64,000 nt of DNA from Promethearchaeia archaeon (GTDB taxonomy: Archaea; Asgardarchaeota; Lokiarchaeia; Sigyniarchaeales; SOKP01), in contig JAWOCD010000021.1 of NCBI GenBank assembly GCA_046483985.1, positions 1 through 64,000 of the forward strand. Reading direction: 5' to 3'. Of the stretch, positions 29,919 through 39,205 are shown in pieces. The notes beneath the pieces were generated by a model. It had not been told where the DNA came from, did not search any database, and worked only from the letters and a program-made list of their open reading frames with translations. The translations under genes and the position numbers were made by a program. Position 1 is the stretch's first letter. Every line of letters begins with the position of its first letter.

Positions 29919-30458
29919 GTGACTAAAAAAGGAAATTCCAACGATATAAAAGAGAGAGCAAAAATAATCCTTCTGGGATTAGATAACAGTGGGAAAACCT
30001 CTATAGTATATTCCTTGCAGAAGAGGAAAGGTCTGCATAATTATTCAAATATTAGCCCTACCAAGAACCATAATATAGAGGAAATAAATACGAACGAAAA
30101 GGAATATATTATCTGGGATATTGGGGGTCAAACAAGGAACAGAGAGGACTTCCTTTCAGAATTTGAAATAAAAGTCGAAGGAACAAACAAAATAATTTAT
30201 GTTATTGATGTGCAAGATATCGAACGTTATGACAAAGCACTTCAATATTTATCAGAGGTTATAGAAAATCTTAAAAAATGTTCCTTGAATGTAAAGATAT
30301 CTGTATTTTTGCATAAGTTTGATCCTCATTTAACTATAAACCGACAAAAGCTTCAAGAACTTATAAGAGAAATAGAAGATCTCATTCCCAATCAGTTTGA
30401 ATATAGTATTTCAAAAACTAGTATTTTTACGGTTTTCCGGAAAAAAGATCTATTATAA
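29919..30458 (+). CDS. Stand-alone Arf-like small GTPase
   Basis: GLDNSGKT, PT, WDIGGQ, IIYVID, HKFD and KTSI. Confidence 0.9.
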   Translation: MTKKGNSNDIKERAKIILLGLDNSGKTSIVYSLQKRKGLHNYSNISPTKNHNIEEINTNEKEYIIWDIGGQTRNREDFLSEFEIKVEGTNKIIYVIDVQDIERYDKALQYLSEVIENLKKCSLNVKISVFLHKFDPHLTINRQKLQELIREIEDLIPNQFEYSISKTSIFTVFRKKDLL

Positions 30459-30507
30459 TATTATAGACATCCTCTAATATACTGGTCAAGACTCCATTTT
30501 TAGGTTT

Positions 30508-32685
30508 TTAGGCTTTCGGAAGAGTAAAATAAAAGGTGCTTCCTTTATCTACCTCACTCTCAAACCAGATATCTCCTCCGTGAAGTTCCACGAGCCGTTT
30601 TGTAAGTGAGAGTCCCAATCCCGTCCCTTGTATTTTTTGAGTCTTATAATTATGGGATCTCCCAAACTCCCGAAAGACTGCATCATAATCCTCCGGAGCA
30701 ATCCCCATCCCCGTGTCTTCAACTTGAAATTCCCAATGATCACTTCTCTCTATCCCCCGCATTACTATCTTCCCTTCAGGAGTAAACTTAATCGCATTAC
30801 TTAATAAATTATATAAAATTTGCTTAAGGCGGATAGGATCGGCAATGAGTTTTCCATTCTTGGGAATTGAAATGGAGGTCTTTAGATCCTTTTGTTCATG
30901 CAAAGGTCGGATAATCGATTGAATTTCTGAGAGGATGTCCCAGAGATCGACCTTCTCTTTTACGAGCGAAATTTTCCCCGATTGGCTTTTGGAATGTTCC
31001 AAGACCTGATTTATAAGGGAGAGAAGATGTTTAGCGGAGGTTTTAATATCTCCGAGGAAACCCTTTTGGTCAGAATTTACATGACCATATACCTCTTCTA
31101 ATAGTAGGTCGGTAAATCCAAGAATTGAATTAATAGGAGTTCGCAATTCATGGGAAGTGGATGCCAAAAACCGGCTTTTAAATTCCAAATTTTTATACAA
31201 TTCTTCTATTAAATGATTCCGGACATTCTCAAATTCTTTTTCGCTGGTAATATCTTGGAGGGCGAGGATGACCTCTGACCAATCATCTTTTTTCTCTGGG
31301 ACCAGTTGTGCATGAATAGCCAAGATTAATTTTTTTCCTTGAAGGGTCTGCATTCTAATCTCGCCCGCATATCTTGACTTATTATTTATGAAGTGCTGGA
31401 TTATCTCGGATAACTTCTGAATGGCTGGGGGCGTAAAAATTTTTAACCGATTGGAACGCAAATGGCTTTTACTTTTACCCCCAAACAACTTTATAAAGTC
31501 GGTGTTTAATTCGTCGACTTTTATCTTATTAATCCATTTCGCAAGAGACTCCTCCGAGGCAAGTTTATCTATATGTTGATGAGAAGGAAGAGGAGAAGCA
31601 TCCAGATCTTTCTTGATTTCAGAAAGGTCTAACTCTGCTAAGGGGTCTGGTGAATTATTAAAAATCATCCTATACCGTCTCATAGAAGTCTTGATTTTTT
31701 TCTCGGACGCTTTTTGGGAAGTTATATCACGAAATATACCCATGACATACCGTTCTTTATCAATCTGCATATATCTTGAATGTACTTTAATTGGAATTTT
31801 ATGCCCAGATTTATTTTTGATAGTCGATTCGAACTTAATATCTCCCTCCGTTTTGAGTCTTTTTAACCGCCTTTTCACAGTCACTTTTTTCTCTTCCAAT
31901 TCCAAGTCAAATAGCGATTTGCTTAACATTTCTTTTTTAGAATATTGGAGTTTTTGGCATGCCGTTTTATTTGCATATAAAATATTCCCTTCAGTGTCAT
32001 GCAAGAGAATGGAATCAATTGCACCGTCTAATAAATTCGCCTTAATCCGGTTGCCTTTCTTAAGTCTGTTCTGATCCATCTCCAAACGGAGATTATAGAG
32101 TGCTAAGGCAAGATTACTTGCAACTTCCTTAAATAAGGAACGTTCGAAATCGTCAATTTCATAATCTTCATGTAGATCGAGTTTCAAGATACCGTAGATG
32201 GCCTCCTTATATTCCAATTTCATTAGTAAAGATGATTTCTGTTTATAAATTTCTTGGAGAGGACAATTCTTGCAAGCTTCCTTCCCCTCTTTGAAAGTAA
32301 TTATATTTTTGTTGTTACGGGCTTTATTGAAGCAAGGAATACTCTTTTTTGCCTTTAATCTGCTTTTTAGTTTTTCCAAATGATTGGGAGGGTATCCAGC
32401 ATTTGCGAACAAATCGAGATTTCCGTTGTCATCAAAATGGGCAATACAGGCACTGTAATATATTTTCGCATCTACAAAGATCTCGCATATATTCTCTAAA
32501 AAATTATCTCGGTTGGAGGTCCTAGCAATAAACTGATTTACATTACTAATTACTTGTAGGACTTGATTTACCCTACTTATTTTCTTAAACTTATGAGCTT
32601 GGTCCTCAATTTCCTGAGATAACCGTGCCTTATTCTCTTTTAAACTATTAATCTGTTCTAATAATTGATCAATCTTTTGTCCCAT
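30508..32685 (-). CDS. Soluble histidine kinase coiled coil-GAF-PAS-PAS-HisKA-HATPase
   Basis: SHELRTPIN, NLLSNAIKF, DTGMGI and GTGLGL. The GAF contains PCF...CKNCPL. Confidence 0.95.
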   Translation of the reverse strand: MGQKIDQLLEQINSLKENKARLSQEIEDQAHKFKKISRVNQVLQVISNVNQFIARTSNRDNFLENICEIFVDAKIYYSACIAHFDDNGNLDLFANAGYPPNHLEKLKSRLKAKKSIPCFNKARNNKNIITFKEGKEACKNCPLQEIYKQKSSLLMKLEYKEAIYGILKLDLHEDYEIDDFERSLFKEVASNLALALYNLRLEMDQNRLKKGNRIKANLLDGAIDSILLHDTEGNILYANKTACQKLQYSKKEMLSKSLFDLELEEKKVTVKRRLKRLKTEGDIKFESTIKNKSGHKIPIKVHSRYMQIDKERYVMGIFRDITSQKASEKKIKTSMRRYRMIFNNSPDPLAELDLSEIKKDLDASPLPSHQHIDKLASEESLAKWINKIKVDELNTDFIKLFGGKSKSHLRSNRLKIFTPPAIQKLSEIIQHFINNKSRYAGEIRMQTLQGKKLILAIHAQLVPEKKDDWSEVILALQDITSEKEFENVRNHLIEELYKNLEFKSRFLASTSHELRTPINSILGFTDLLLEEVYGHVNSDQKGFLGDIKTSAKHLLSLINQVLEHSKSQSGKISLVKEKVDLWDILSEIQSIIRPLHEQKDLKTSISIPKNGKLIADPIRLKQILYNLLSNAIKFTPEGKIVMRGIERSDHWEFQVEDTGMGIAPEDYDAVFREFGRSHNYKTQKIQGTGLGLSLTKRLVELHGGDIWFESEVDKGSTFYFTLPKA

Positions 32686-33121
32686 ATCTCTTCTCTTTCT
32701 CCTAAAAATAATAAAATTTATTAAATTTGTTAACAGATGAAATTTAGACCATTTACCGATTTATCTTTTTTTTCAAATGAGTTAAATCTTTACTTTCTTT
32801 AATTGTTCCTCATGAATTAGGGTTATAAGGAAACGTATTTGACTTTTCCATCCCATATCACTGAACTATTATTACCCTATTAAAATATCCAAATATCGCT
32901 TAGCACAATATAAATCTAAAAACTTATATATAAATTTAATGAAATCCTCAATATTCTCCGTTAATTTTTGAAATATATTTATTAAATACCGTTTTTTGAA
33001 AAAAACCAATATTTTCAAATTTTGTTTAAGGTATTGCCTATAAATAATTTCCACTATGCCAAAATCTCTTGACAAATTTCCTTCAAAAATCAGTATGAAA
33101 AACCTAATTTATAAGATTAAG

Positions 33122-33391
33122 TTAATATGCTAATTTCCTCAAAGGTGCTTTTTTCGCCCCCAAAATTCCAAATGCTAATGTGGGTATTTGTCTTTTTATC
33201 CACAAATTCAAGTACCTTATCACCTCTCGTTGGTTCTAATAAGGTGGAATACCACGCCCTAAAGGACGGTGCTTTCTCGCACTTCAGTGGTAAAATAAGA
33301 ATGATTGTTCTTTCTTGGAAGACAAAGGGCTATTGAACTTTTTCCGTTATTTTCCAATCCAAAAATAATAATTTTTGTGGGGTTGCTCCAT
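33122..33391 (-). pseudogene. Decayed Arf-like GTPase gene interrupted by a 46-bp mini element
   Basis: The minus strand reads KIIIFGLENNGKSSIALCL (G1) before the insert and LLEPTRG...IWNFGGE (G2, degenerate G3) after it. There is a frameshift after the ATG at 33391, and the 3' half is lost. Confidence 0.8.
33244..33289 (-). mobile_element. 46-bp collapsed IS200/IS605-derived element
   Basis: TTTAC|CACTGAAGTGCGAGAAAGCACCGTCCTTTAGGGCGTGGTATTCCAC is a left end fused to a right end through the shared CCTTTAGGGCG hairpin. Removing it restores the GTPase frame. Confidence 0.8.
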
Positions 33392-33439
33392 CTCTATCGG
33401 ACCACTTGTTGTTTAGATAAAATCCCTCTTAGTTCCCAA

Positions 33440-33784
33440 TCATGATAAAGTATCTTCAATATCTATGTCTGTTAACTCTTCAATTTTATCTGTATTAAGA
33501 TTAGACATATATGAACTAAGTAAGTTTAATATTCGATATATTTGAGGATCTTTTATTTTATAATACTTTTTTCTGCTCTCTTTTCTCACTTCTAATAAAT
33601 TTGCGTTTTCTAATTTCTTCAATTGTTGAGAAATAGAAGATTGGCTCTTATTTAAAGATTTATGGATTGTAGTCACTATTCTTTCCTTACCATCTTTTAA
33701 AAGATTCAAAATATCTAAACGGGTGGTATCACCCAAGACTTTTAAGAATTCCGCAAGTTTCTCATTTAAACTCATTTTAATCAC
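33440..33784 (-). CDS. ArsR/SmtB family transcriptional regulator (paralog of 29507)
   Basis: LKVLGDTTRLDIL, SQSSISQQLKKL..ANLL and KYYKI. Confidence 0.9.
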   Translation of the reverse strand: MIKMSLNEKLAEFLKVLGDTTRLDILNLLKDGKERIVTTIHKSLNKSQSSISQQLKKLENANLLEVRKESRKKYYKIKDPQIYRILNLLSSYMSNLNTDKIEELTDIDIEDTLS

Positions 33785-33896
33785 TTTCTTAAATTTAGTT
33801 AATATATATTATAATAGTGGATTTTCTGAATTATAAATATTATTATATTATTATATAAGAATTAATTTCTCAATAATCTGAAAGGACTCCAAGTCC

Positions 33897-34049
33897 ATGA
33901 TTTTTGCCTTGCTGGTGACCGAAGAATGGGGAACTTACAGGAAAAAGTTGAACCAAATGGTGGTGGCCTTTCAAGCCCGAGATGCCGAAGAATTAGAACG
34001 CATTGAATCGCACGGGCTTGACCTGGATTTCATAAAAATTAAAAATTAA
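33897..34049 (+). CDS. Possible 50-aa small ORF or gene remnant
   Basis: MIFALLVTEEWGTYRKKL...DFIKIKN*, with AAAGGA upstream and higher GC than the flanks. Confidence 0.25.
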   Translation: MIFALLVTEEWGTYRKKLNQMVVAFQARDAEELERIESHGLDLDFIKIKN

Positions 34050-34090
34050 AAATTAAAAAAATTATTAAAAATTGCACTATTTCTAATTCT

Positions 34091-34936
34091 ATGGTTGATT
34101 TTTGGTTATTTTTTGTTGAAGCGATTCCCTTAGCAATTTTGATCGGCATTGCCGCAGCATGTATCGGATATACTGCTTGGGGCATCATGGTACCTCTGTT
34201 ATTTGTAGGATTTGGATTTGGAATTTTTGACGCAATTGTAATAAGCTTAATGGTGGATTTTGTTAATTCAATAATATTAACGGGGAAGTATTCAAAGCAG
34301 GATAAAGTTGATTTCAAGGAGGGTACAAAATGGGGGCTTCTCTCTTTAAGTGGTGCCATTATTGCAGCTTTTTTCGCAATAAGCATCTTGCCTTCAAATG
34401 AAGAGTTTTTGCGGGGGAATGTTGGATACGTGTTCTTCCTCTTGAGCGCGTTCTTTATCTATCGAGGATATAATTTGGGTAAACAACAAGAAAATAATGA
34501 CTTTATAGACAAGAAAAAAATGTCCATAGGGTTGTCAAATAAAACAAAAACAGCAGTGATGATAGTGGGCGTGTTAGGTTCTGGGATTTTATCAGGTCTA
34601 TTAGGTATTGGCAGCGGTGCAAATTATGCTCTATTATTTCTGTTCATACTAGGCGCAGAAGGCGGGTTTGATATACTACGGGCAACGGGTACGAGTTGTT
34701 ATATCATGGCAATGGTTTCTGGTACCTTGGCCATTATATTTAGCGTTGTTGGACTGGCCAATTTTGGATTGATATTGCCCTTTCTGGCGGTTGGGATAAT
34801 TTTTTCCGCGATTGGTACAATTTTCGGCTCAAGTATCGCTCTAAAAGTTTCAGAATCGAAATTAAACTATCTTGTGGGTATCGCAATCCTCATAACGGCA
34901 TTAGTAAGCTCCCTTCAAGCAATAATGCTGAATTAA
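34091..34936 (+). CDS. TauE/SafE (TSUP) family membrane transporter
   Basis: About 8 hydrophobic segments, with SGLLGIGSG and ATGTS motifs. Confidence 0.8.
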   Translation: MVDFWLFFVEAIPLAILIGIAAACIGYTAWGIMVPLLFVGFGFGIFDAIVISLMVDFVNSIILTGKYSKQDKVDFKEGTKWGLLSLSGAIIAAFFAISILPSNEEFLRGNVGYVFFLLSAFFIYRGYNLGKQQENNDFIDKKKMSIGLSNKTKTAVMIVGVLGSGILSGLLGIGSGANYALLFLFILGAEGGFDILRATGTSCYIMAMVSGTLAIIFSVVGLANFGLILPFLAVGIIFSAIGTIFGSSIALKVSESKLNYLVGIAILITALVSSLQAIMLN

Positions 34937-34958
34937 GGCTTTTATTTTTTTTCTTTAC

Positions 34959-35146
34959 CAATATTAACGGGAGAAGGTCAAGCTTCTTATGTCTACTGAC
35001 CTCTCATATAAACCCTTTTTGAGGAGGGAACCTTTCAGGATAACTGAAAAGAGGTTTCTACGACACAGACCCCTAAGAATGTGCCTATCAGCCAATATTT
35101 AGTGGACTTGTAGGAATTGCTTTCCTTTAGTGAGAGGAGGCTTCAA
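34959..35146 (+). mobile_element. Possible divergent IS200/IS605-derived structured element
   Basis: Begins after TTTAC and ends CCTTTAG..AGGAGGCTTCAA. Internal hairpin GAACCTTTCAG-GATAA-CTGAA(AAG)AGGTTT. Confidence 0.35.
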
Positions 35147-35309
35147 TTAATTGGATTATTTAGGTTAAGCTTTTCGATTTGAATCGAATTCATTCAATTT
35201 AAATAAATTTAAATAAATTAGATTAAATATTTTAAATAACCTCATATCCCAGAATTTAAAAGATGTTATACATAGTTTTAAGGCATAGTTTAGAGATCTC
35301 CTCCAAAAT

Positions 35310-36092
35310 ATGATGTCGCAAAATGATGAATCTTGTCTATTATGTTTGAAAAATGTTAGTTATAAAATCAATTCAAAAGCAATTCTATCTAACATCTCGG
35401 TAAAGATTGAAGAGTTAGGAATTACTGGAATTATAGGACCTTCCGGTTCTGGTAAAAGTACATTGTTACGGATTATTAACCGTCTAATTTCACCCTCAGC
35501 TGGGACCATTCTCTTAGAAGGAAAGGATTATATTCAATTTACTCCTCAACAACTACGAAAACGAATTGGATTAGTTCAGCAAAAACCTTTCTTATTTCCA
35601 GGAACCGTGAAGGAAAATCTATTATACGGACCTAAAATCTGGGATTTACACTATTCAGATAAGGAATTAATTAACTTACTGAAAAAAGTGGCCCTGTCTG
35701 CTACGTTTCTTGAGAGAGAGGTGGATAATCTCTCAGTTGGAGAGCAACAGCGAGTAAGTTTGGCCAGAAGTCTAGCTAACAACCCCAAAATACTTTTATT
35801 GGACGAACCTACATCTGCTTTAGATATTGTGTCGGAAGAAATTATTGAGAATTCCCTAAAAAGCCTTAGGGATGAAGGATTAAAAATTATTATTGTCACT
35901 CACAGCTTAGATCAAACCAAAAGATTAGCTGACCAACTATTATTCTTAAAGGAAGGACGATTAGAAGATCTGGTCACTGCCACTGAATTTTTCAAAAGGT
36001 ATGATGAAGCTACTATTAGGGGATTTTTCAAAAAGGATAATAAAGGCCCAACAAGCCAAAGAAAAGAATTTAAAGAAAAGAGGGAGATATAA
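35310..36092 (+). CDS. ABC transporter ATP-binding protein (FetA/YbbL-like)
   Basis: Walker A GPSGSGKST, signature LSVGEQQR, Walker B LLLDEPTSALD and H-loop VTH. Confidence 0.9.
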   Translation: MMSQNDESCLLCLKNVSYKINSKAILSNISVKIEELGITGIIGPSGSGKSTLLRIINRLISPSAGTILLEGKDYIQFTPQQLRKRIGLVQQKPFLFPGTVKENLLYGPKIWDLHYSDKELINLLKKVALSATFLEREVDNLSVGEQQRVSLARSLANNPKILLLDEPTSALDIVSEEIIENSLKSLRDEGLKIIIVTHSLDQTKRLADQLLFLKEGRLEDLVTATEFFKRYDEATIRGFFKKDNKGPTSQRKEFKEKREI

Positions 36093-36095
36093 AAA

Positions 36096-36935
36096 TTGTT
36101 ATCACAAATTAGTGATGATTTGATCTTTGGTATTATTTCTCAGAAAGCACTAACGGATATACTCATCCGGTTTTTAATTTCCCTAGTTCTATTAGCCTTT
36201 ATTATCGCTTTGAGCTATTGGAATAATATTGGCATGGAGCAAGACTTTCTTTTTAGTTTTGCCCGGGGTTTCATTCAGATCATTTTAGCAGGCGCAATCT
36301 TAACAATCATTTTTGAGATAGAAAACATATTTCTGCTTTATGGGGTTATGCTCTTCATGTGCGGGTTCGCAGCCCATACGGGCTTTTCAAGATATGATTA
36401 TGGTGACTTGAACAGTTTTAAGATTCAGTTTACGTCCATTACCATAGCAAGTATGCTCATCATGATCCTAGTGCCCCTTTTAGGGATTATACCAATGGTT
36501 GGAGAATTTTTGATTCCTATGGGAGGATCTATTATCTCCAATACTATGGTGATTTCAAATATTTCGCTAGAAAGGGTATACTCGGATGTTAAAAAGTCAC
36601 GCGGTAAAATCGAAGCTGCATTAGCTTTAGGTGATACGCCGAGTAATGCTATATCTCCTATCATACGTGATTCTTTCCGGGCAGGATTGACTCCGTCGAC
36701 AAATAGAGTGGCGGTCTTAGGTATCGTTACAATTCCTGGATATATGAGTGGGATGATTATAGGTGGTATTGAACCCGTGGTTGCTGCAATTTACCAAGTT
36801 ATCATTTTTTTGATGATTTTAGCATCTGGATTTATGGGTGAAATCATTTCTGCCTTTTTACTAAAGCAAGAACTTTTCACCGAGGCGGACCAATTATTAC
36901 CTGATATCTACATTAAGGAAACTCCGAATGAGTAA
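36096..36935 (+). CDS. ABC permease, FetB/YbbM (UPF0014) family
   Basis: RGFIQ, IPMGG.IISN, IEAALALG and GIVTIPG.MSGMIIGG..P..AA.YQ motifs. Confidence 0.88.
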   Translation: MLSQISDDLIFGIISQKALTDILIRFLISLVLLAFIIALSYWNNIGMEQDFLFSFARGFIQIILAGAILTIIFEIENIFLLYGVMLFMCGFAAHTGFSRYDYGDLNSFKIQFTSITIASMLIMILVPLLGIIPMVGEFLIPMGGSIISNTMVISNISLERVYSDVKKSRGKIEAALALGDTPSNAISPIIRDSFRAGLTPSTNRVAVLGIVTIPGYMSGMIIGGIEPVVAAIYQVIIFLMILASGFMGEIISAFLLKQELFTEADQLLPDIYIKETPNE

Positions 36936-37471
36936 AAGATTGGAACCTTTTTCTTTTTTCGGACAACCGATAATAATCTGGTACTTCAGAGATGGAGCAA
37001 AATAATTACAATATGATAATGCAGAAAATTAGAATGACTGATAATTGTTTAATCTCCAAATCAAATTCCGATATACTTTACGACACACCTATTTAGAAAA
37101 CTGAATCATTATAAAGTCTTAAAAGTCGTTATTGAAGATCTAGAGGGAGTTAGGGAATTTGACATTCCAGAGAATTTTAATAATAAAAATAAAATAAACC
37201 AAGTGATCCAAAGCTTCTGGTCGTTTGATACATTTCGAAAGAAACTCGAAAATTCTTTAAAGTCTCTTTGTTATGTGGTCATCAAATGTACACGAATATC
37301 TAAAAGCACCTTTTTTGATTTATTAGAAGGAAAAATTTTATAAATGTATTTTGAATACTAAGTAATAGTTAGTTTTCAGATTATTAATAATCTCATAATT
37401 CTTAGATCCATTCAATTTTGATTTAGGAGAATACACATTATAATAATTCAAAATAGGAGAAAGACTCTGAT

Positions 37472-39205
37472 ATGAAAAAGAAAAAATTAGATAAAGAGAA
37501 TTTTAGGAAAAAAAAAGTTTTTACCGCCAGCATTGGACAGTGTGTGCATGTTGCTGGGGTTTTCAATTTCATGAATATTGCCGAGGAGCTTGGGTACAAT
37601 TGTAAGTTTCTTGGACCAGCAATACAAATTAAGGAACTAATCAGTAGAATTAAGAAACGTGAACCCAACATTTTGGGCTTAAGTTATCGCTTAACTCCTC
37701 AAACAGTTGATCAATTGCTTCAAGAGTTTTTTGAAAAATACAAGGATCTAGAAATAAAACCGCATAAGCTATTTTTTGCAGGTACTCCCGAGGTAGTGAA
37801 AATTGCACGAAAGTTTGATCAATTTGACCATTTTTTTATTGGCGGCGAATCTAAATTTGAGATCCTTAATATCTTGAAATTTAAAGAGGATTCTTCCAAG
37901 AGTATGAAAGAAGTTCCCATGGATTTAATTTCAAGGATAAAATGGAAGAAACCTTATCCAGTAATCCGTGCCCATTTTGGACTTCAAAATTTAAAGGATA
38001 CAATAAAAGGTATACGTAAAATCGCAGAAGCAAATGTCTTGGACATAATATCTATTGCACCCGATCAAAATACTCAAGCATATTATTTCCATCCCGAAAA
38101 GAGAGATGAGACCTACTCGGGTGCGGGGGGAGTTCCTTTAAGGTCACGGGAAGATTTTATTAAATTACACCATGCAAGATTAAGAGGGAACCATCCTCTT
38201 CTGAGGATATATGCAGGAACACAAGATTTCATAAAGTTGGCAAAATTATATAGGAATACCATCCGAAATGCATGGGGTGCCATTCCAATTTTTTGGTTTA
38301 ATGAGATGGATGGACGTGGCCCCCTTCCACTGGGAGAAGCAATACGACAACATCTTGAAGCTATTCATTGGCATGGAAAAAATGAGATTCCCGTTGAAAT
38401 CAACGACTCGCACCACTGGAGCTTACGTAATGCCCCAGATGCCGTTGCTGTCGCGGATATGTACTTATCTGGAATTATTGCCAAGAAGCTGGGAGTAAAA
38501 CATTTCATAGCACAATATATGTTTAATACCCCTCCGTCCGTTTCTTTTGAAATGGATCTTGCCAAGATGTTAGCAAAGACCGAATTACTTCAAACACTAA
38601 ATGATGATTCATTTTCAATAATAAAACAAGTGAGAACGGGATTGGCAAGCTTTCCCTTAGACTTGGATCGAGCAAAGGGTCAATTAGCGGCCGCAACTAT
38701 GGTTCAAATGGCCTTAAAGCCCGATATTATTCATGTAGTAAGTTACTCAGAAGCAAGACATGCTGCCAAGGCCGAGGGGGTGATTGAAAGTTGCCGGATT
38801 GTTGATCAAGTCGTGAATCAAATGTTTAACAGTGAGATGAATTTCCTCGATGATCGGGTAAGAAAAAGGAAAAAGGAGCTAATTGAACAAGCAAAATGGA
38901 TTATTAATTTAATTCCACGATTGGCAAAATCTAAAGATGAGAGGAAACACCCCTATACGAGCCCTACGGTCTTAAACCGATTAGTTAAGTATGGGATTTT
39001 TGATGCCCCCCACTTGAAGAATAATAAATTTGCTCGTGGTAAAATTCAAACTAAGATCAGCAATGGAGCGTGTTATTCATGGGATCCTACAAAAGAAAGA
39101 ATCCTTGATGAGAGAAAACGAATAAAAAATCTCGTTAAGATAGATTCGAGTCATCTTCAAGAATTGACGGGCAAGAAGTTCGAAGGTTTGGTGATAGGAA
39201 AGTGA
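37472..39205 (+). CDS. Cobalamin-binding protein with C-terminal TIM-barrel (putative AdoCbl-dependent mutase)
   Basis: N-terminal B12-binding CVHVAG (DxHxxG-like), LG and LSY motifs. Large C-terminal domain with RAHFG, DIISIAPDQ and HHWSLR. Confidence 0.75.
   Translation: MKKKKLDKENFRKKKVFTASIGQCVHVAGVFNFMNIAEELGYNCKFLGPAIQIKELISRIKKREPNILGLSYRLTPQTVDQLLQEFFEKYKDLEIKPHKLFFAGTPEVVKIARKFDQFDHFFIGGESKFEILNILKFKEDSSKSMKEVPMDLISRIKWKKPYPVIRAHFGLQNLKDTIKGIRKIAEANVLDIISIAPDQNTQAYYFHPEKRDETYSGAGGVPLRSREDFIKLHHARLRGNHPLLRIYAGTQDFIKLAKLYRNTIRNAWGAIPIFWFNEMDGRGPLPLGEAIRQHLEAIHWHGKNEIPVEINDSHHWSLRNAPDAVAVADMYLSGIIAKKLGVKHFIAQYMFNTPPSVSFEMDLAKMLAKTELLQTLNDDSFSIIKQVRTGLASFPLDLDRAKGQLAAATMVQMALKPDIIHVVSYSEARHAAKAEGVIESCRIVDQVVNQMFNSEMNFLDDRVRKRKKELIEQAKWIINLIPRLAKSKDERKHPYTSPTVLNRLVKYGIFDAPHLKNNKFARGKIQTKISNGACYSWDPTKERILDERKRIKNLVKIDSSHLQELTGKKFEGLVIGK

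Noticed and set aside
32872-33336. Called ORFs 32872-33075 (-) and 33127-33336 (+)
   Set aside because: The second is the antisense of the GTPase pseudogene plus its insertion. The first is low-complexity AT-rich sequence with no motif.
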